From NCBI GenBank assembly GCA_964472025.1, contig CAYYIN010000001.1:2423-28957 (forward strand): a DNA stretch of 26,535 nt, in the 5' to 3' direction. Numbering within the stretch: position 1 is the first letter of the stretch; each line of letters starts with the position of its first letter. Position numbers and translations under genes: made by a program. The notes under the pieces were generated by a model, which made no database searches, was not told the origin of the DNA, and worked only from the letters and a program-made list of their open reading frames with translations. Shown here one piece after another: positions 22,733 through 26,535 of this stretch. This stretch comes from Candidatus Woesearchaeota archaeon. Lineage in GTDB: Archaea > Nanobdellota > Nanobdellia > Pacearchaeales > GW2011-AR1.

Positions 22733-23578
22733 TTAATTTTTTGTTTTTATTAATTTTTTTATTTGATTATCTATTTTTGAGAAATGAGTATCATAGATTT
22801 TTTCACTGTTTTCAATCATTAAATTGATTTCTTGCGAAGAAAAAGCACTTGTTCCACCTTTTTGAAGAGAATTAATTATCTTTTCATTTTTAGGTTGAGA
22901 GAGTGTGATGGTGAATCTTCCATCGCTTATATCTTCTTCTTCCCTATCAGCATCAAGAAGTAAATTTTCTTTTATATTATAAAAAGTTATTTGGAAAGGA
23001 ATATTTTTTGTTAAAGGAAGTTTATTTTTAGTAAATTCTCCAAATTTAACTTTCTCTTCTTTTTCATCATATCTTGGGAAATAAGCTGATTGCAATGCAG
23101 CAATAGCTGCCCTAGAACTTACATCTAAAATATTACCATCATCATTTATACAATAAATATCTATCATAATTGACCAAACTTTTTCATTTTTTTTAATGCA
23201 TAATTCTTTCCAGTCAATAAACCCACTTTCTCTAATTCCTCTGTCAACAATTCTCGCGATTTCTATAGAATCTACTCTTGGTGGTCCTGATTCATATCTT
23301 TCTCCGCATAAAGGACTAAATTCCATAAAAACACTCATGGTTCCTTCATCTTCATGATCTGAATAAGGTTCTTGTGTTGAAAGTTTTACGCCTGCAATAA
23401 CTTCTGTTTTTCCTATTTTAACTCTTGCACTTCCTTCAGCATTCTTTGAAATTCCTAGTTCAATATTAATATCCCTATAATCCAATAACCCTCGATCATT
23501 CAATCTTTTATTCTTTCCAAGAGATTCAATGATTTTTTTCTTATTTATATTTGGTATTCTTACACTATTTATTTTCAT
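22733..23578 (-). CDS. rrp42: Exosome complex component Rrp42
   Basis: RNase PH fold: GSARVKIGKTEVIAGVK, PYSDHEDEG, IARIVDRGIRES, WSIMIDIY and DDGNILD. Confidence 0.95.
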   Translation of the reverse strand: MKINSVRIPNINKKKIIESLGKNKRLNDRGLLDYRDINIELGISKNAEGSARVKIGKTEVIAGVKLSTQEPYSDHEDEGTMSVFMEFSPLCGERYESGPPRVDSIEIARIVDRGIRESGFIDWKELCIKKNEKVWSIMIDIYCINDDGNILDVSSRAAIAALQSAYFPRYDEKEEKVKFGEFTKNKLPLTKNIPFQITFYNIKENLLLDADREEEDISDGRFTITLSQPKNEKIINSLQKGGTSAFSSQEINLMIENSEKIYDTHFSKIDNQIKKLIKTKN

Positions 23579-24275
23579 TTATCTTTTCTCCTTTTAATGC
23601 TCTGATTTGATATTGATTTACTTTTTCGCAAGCACTTATCGCAGCATCAATTGCTTCATTAAATCTTTTTGTAGGCATTTTTCCATCTAATTGTAAATGG
23701 ACAATTTTTTTTGAATTTGAACAGATTGTAAAAGGAATATCTGTAGCTCCTTCACCAAGATTATGGTCTTCCTCTTCTTTTGTAATATCTGTAACAATTT
23801 TATCATCAATCTTTCCTATGGAAACACTAGAAACTAATTCTTTCATTACAATTCCTGCATGTGCTAAAGCCATTGCAGCAGCATTAATCCCTGCGCACCT
23901 TGTAGAAGCATTTGCTTGCAAAATTATAATTTCTACATCAATCACTGTTCCTGGGAATCTATCTAAATCAACAACTGTAGAAAGTGCATTTTCTGTAATT
24001 AAAGCAATTTCTTTACTTCTTCTATTTGGTCCAGGTCTTGCTCTTTCAGTTACAGAAAAAGGAAGCATATTATAATTACATCTAATTGTGCATTTTTCTG
24101 GATTTTGTAAATGTTGAGGGTGCAAATGTTTTGGACCATAAACTCCAGCGATTGCAACTGTATCACCATAAGCAAATAATGCACTTCCATCTGCATTAGG
24201 TATAATTCCTACCTCTGCCTTAATAGGTCTGAGTTCATCCATTTTCCTTCCATCTGTTCTTTTAGTATATGCCAT
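23565..24275 (-). CDS. rrp41: Exosome complex exonuclease Rrp41
   Basis: RTDGRKMDELRPI, ADGSAL, GVYGPK, YNMLPFSV.ER..PGPNRRSKEI and ASTRCAGINAA. Confidence 0.95.
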   Translation of the reverse strand: MAYTKRTDGRKMDELRPIKAEVGIIPNADGSALFAYGDTVAIAGVYGPKHLHPQHLQNPEKCTIRCNYNMLPFSVTERARPGPNRRSKEIALITENALSTVVDLDRFPGTVIDVEIIILQANASTRCAGINAAAMALAHAGIVMKELVSSVSIGKIDDKIVTDITKEEEDHNLGEGATDIPFTICSNSKKIVHLQLDGKMPTKRFNEAIDAAISACEKVNQYQIRALKGEKINENK

Positions 24276-24944
24276 TTATTTTTCCTTTATTTTTAAAAAT
24301 TCTTCAACTTTTTGTGTTAAACCGTTAAATATAGATTCTTTTTCTATTAATTTTATTGCATCTCTAGCTTTTTCTTCATTTTCTAATTCTCCTTTTATCC
24401 AAATAAAACCATTTTGTCCAACAGTTATTTCTGTGTTAGTTTTTTCTTTAATTAAATTAATCATACTGCCTTCTTTCCCAATTACTCTAGGAACCTTATG
24501 AGAATTTATTTTTATTATTCTTCCATCGTTTAATTTTCCTAAATTTCTTGATTTTAAACCCAAGTCAATACTTGGTTTTTTAATATTTACTATCCTAAAT
24601 GCCAAAGAGTCCCCAATTTTTGCAAAATCTAATAAATTATCTTTATTAACAAATCTAGGGCATTCCATTATTGGAAGAAAAGCAGAATAAGGCCCGCCAA
24701 TTTCAACATTGTATCCATTAAAAGAAATATCCCTAACAGTTCCAATAACAACGTTCCCCCTTCTTGGTTCAAAGATCCCAGAAATAGGAATTATTTTTAC
24801 AATTCTCTCTCCAAAATCTACTAATCCGTATCTATTAGCAATTATATCTTCTTTATTTTTAATTGTAAAATCTCCTGGGAGATATTTTTCCCCTGAGACA
24901 ATTATTTCCCCAGGGACTACAATTTTTCTTTCTTCTTTATTCAT
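24276..24944 (-). CDS. rrp4: Exosome RNA-binding cap protein Rrp4 (S1 + KH)
   Basis: KIVVPGE, S1 domain (PRRGNVVIGTV) and KH motif KVPRVIGKEGSMI...VGQNGFIWI. Confidence 0.95.
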   Translation of the reverse strand: MNKEERKIVVPGEIIVSGEKYLPGDFTIKNKEDIIANRYGLVDFGERIVKIIPISGIFEPRRGNVVIGTVRDISFNGYNVEIGGPYSAFLPIMECPRFVNKDNLLDFAKIGDSLAFRIVNIKKPSIDLGLKSRNLGKLNDGRIIKINSHKVPRVIGKEGSMINLIKEKTNTEITVGQNGFIWIKGELENEEKARDAIKLIEKESIFNGLTQKVEEFLKIKEK

Positions 24945-24957
24945 TTTTATTATTTTA

Positions 24958-25632
24958 TTAATTTAATTCATGGACTATGGTTGAACCATGTGTGATTGAA
25001 TTTAATTTATCATAAAAGTCAAAGATTAATCCAATAGGAATATCTAAAATAACTTCTAAATCTCCATTTGAAATCCAATTTTCTTTCTCTTTATATTCTT
25101 GAATTAATCCGTATATTTTTCCAGTATGTTCTGCTGGAATTATTACTTTTATTTTTTTAGTTTCTATTTTAATTGGAATTATCTTTTTAAGGTTTTCTAT
25201 AATTTCTTTAATCTGTTTTTCAACTGATTTATCTTCAATTTTCACTTTAGATTGTTCAATTGCAGAATTAATAATATCTGGGGTGAATGGATGATTAGTT
25301 CTAGAATCAATAGAATTTTTTACTAAAAAATCAATTATTTGTTTTTTTCTAATTTCAATATTTTTATCTCTATAATCTTGAGTTACTTCTAGCATACCTT
25401 TTTTTACTATTTTTTCAACAATCTCTTCAAAATTTGTTGTAGAAAAAGCCTCTATTAAATCTTGATTACTTGCAACCATGCCCTTTTTTAAATCTTTATA
25501 AATTTTATTATCTCTTATAATTTTATCAGTGGTTATTGCCTCTCCTTTTTTTAATCTGGTAGAAGCATCTAAATCTACCATAGTCTCAAAAATTAATTTT
25601 CCACTTCGCAATCTAGCAATTATATCTGGCAT
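24958..25632 (-). CDS. sdo1: Ribosome maturation factor SBDS/Sdo1
   Basis: ARL...FETMVD, IYKDLKKG, DSRTNHPFTPDII and GKIYGLI. Canonical position between psmA and rrp4; TAATG overlap with psmA. Confidence 0.92.
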   Translation of the reverse strand: MPDIIARLRSGKLIFETMVDLDASTRLKKGEAITTDKIIRDNKIYKDLKKGMVASNQDLIEAFSTTNFEEIVEKIVKKGMLEVTQDYRDKNIEIRKKQIIDFLVKNSIDSRTNHPFTPDIINSAIEQSKVKIEDKSVEKQIKEIIENLKKIIPIKIETKKIKVIIPAEHTGKIYGLIQEYKEKENWISNGDLEVILDIPIGLIFDFYDKLNSITHGSTIVHELN

Positions 25633-26351
25633 TATTTATATTTTAGAATTTCTTCTTTATTTAGATTTATTATTTTTCCATCACTATTTTTTATTTGAGC
25701 AACATTAAACCTTTGGATATCAAAGTTTTCTTTAAGGATTTCTGAGAAAATCTCTAAAGCAATTTTTATTCCTTCTTTTATTTTAATTTCTTTTTTATAT
25801 TTTTTTCTTAGTAATTCTTTAATTTGATTATCATCTTTGCCAATAGCAATAGCATTATATTCAAAATAATTCCCAGTTATATCTGTGATATATAACTTTG
25901 ATTTTCCATCATTAACCCCTGCGACCATTATAGCAACTCCAAAAGGCCTTACTCCGGGATGTTGAGTATATTGTTGTTTAATATCTGAAATTTCTTTAAT
26001 TATTGATTCTATTTCTATGGGTGAATCATAAGTAATTCTATGTTGTTGCGAGACAATTCTTGCTTTATCTATTAAAACTCTGGCATCACTAATGATTCCT
26101 GCAGCACTTGCCATAATATGTTCATCAATTTCATATATTTTATCTGCAGATTTAGAAACAATTAAGCTATCCTTAATTCCTTTATCTGCGATAATAATTA
26201 CCCCATCAGAGCATCTAATTCCAATACTTGCACTACCAAGCCTTGCGGTTTTTTCAGCATATTCTACTTGAAGTATATGCCCTTCTGGTGAGAACATAGT
26301 TGTACTTCTATCATAGCCCATTATTTGATGTTGCATATCTGGAATTTCCAT
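25632..26351 (-). CDS. psmA: Proteasome alpha subunit
   Basis: GYDRSTTMFSPEGHILQVEYA, SGIISDARVL-like AGIISDARVL, GVRPFGVAIMVAG and AIAIGK. Confidence 0.97.
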   Translation of the reverse strand: MEIPDMQHQIMGYDRSTTMFSPEGHILQVEYAEKTARLGSASIGIRCSDGVIIIADKGIKDSLIVSKSADKIYEIDEHIMASAAGIISDARVLIDKARIVSQQHRITYDSPIEIESIIKEISDIKQQYTQHPGVRPFGVAIMVAGVNDGKSKLYITDITGNYFEYNAIAIGKDDNQIKELLRKKYKKEIKIKEGIKIALEIFSEILKENFDIQRFNVAQIKNSDGKIINLNKEEILKYK

Positions 26352-26471
26352 TTTAATCTCTTTGTTTTAATCCAAATGAAAAATAATAAAGAATTTCTTT
26401 CTTTGGAGTAAAACGTATTTATTTTCTTTTCAAAAAACTTAAGAGGGGGACCTTTAAAAAGCTTATGGTGA

Positions 26472-26515
26472 TTTTAATCTGTGTATAGCCCATAGACATA
26501 TGTCGTAGATTAAAA
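26472..26515. repeat. Inverted repeat TTTTAATCT...AGATTAAAA enclosing a perfect palindrome GACATATGTC (26495-26504)
   Basis: Perfect 9-bp arms at 26472-26480 and 26507-26515, in non-coding DNA upstream of psmA. Confidence 0.6.
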
Positions 26516-26535
26516 CAATAACTTAAAATCATTAT

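Noticed and set aside
21170-24966. ORFs 21170-21355 (-), 23818-24075 (+) and 24709-24966 (+)
   Set aside because: They overlap the GNAT gene, rrp41 or rrp4 on the opposite strand and have no protein-like motifs.
26419-26535. Open minus-strand frame entering from the window edge (IMILSYCF...KRK*)
   Set aside because: Short, rich in codons rare elsewhere in the window, and not similar to Pop5, Rpp30 or L15e, which normally precede psmA.
1-26535. Stop-codon reassignment or programmed frameshifts
   Set aside because: All recognisable genes are full length under the standard code, with TAA, TGA and TAG all used as terminal stops.

Overview
Very AT-rich archaeal chromosomal window. The single-chain PriS-PriL primase, class II LysRS and basic 'KRAQ'-type pilin-like leader point to a DPANN organism (Pacearchaeota/Woesearchaeota-like); this taxon call is an inference. 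Housekeeping genes: PCNA, fused primase, RFC small and large subunits, Hjc, a short histone-fold protein, LysRS-II, acylphosphatase, TrmY, Cbf5/TruB, tRNA-Thr(GGU), an eL41 gene missed by the ORF track, RpoK and the psmA-SBDS-rrp4-rrp41-rrp42 operon. Five predicted surface proteins of unknown function flank the PCNA-primase pair. Main observations: (1) a complete 446-aa LAGLIDADG intein (6297-7634) splits the catalytic SGxKGFH motif of the primase; (2) a 1183-aa Cys-rich exported protein carries an internal ~155-aa Gly/Ala-rich hydrophobic block, encoded next to a pilin-like protein, a candidate host-contact or membrane-insertion module; (3) a 26-nt tandem repeat triplicates the start codon of the pilin-like gene in three frames; (4) beta-defensin-like Cys modules occur in surface proteins; (5) the LysRS has substitutions in its lysine pocket. 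No CRISPR array, rRNA or transposase was seen. All function calls come from motif recognition by eye; no database search was run.
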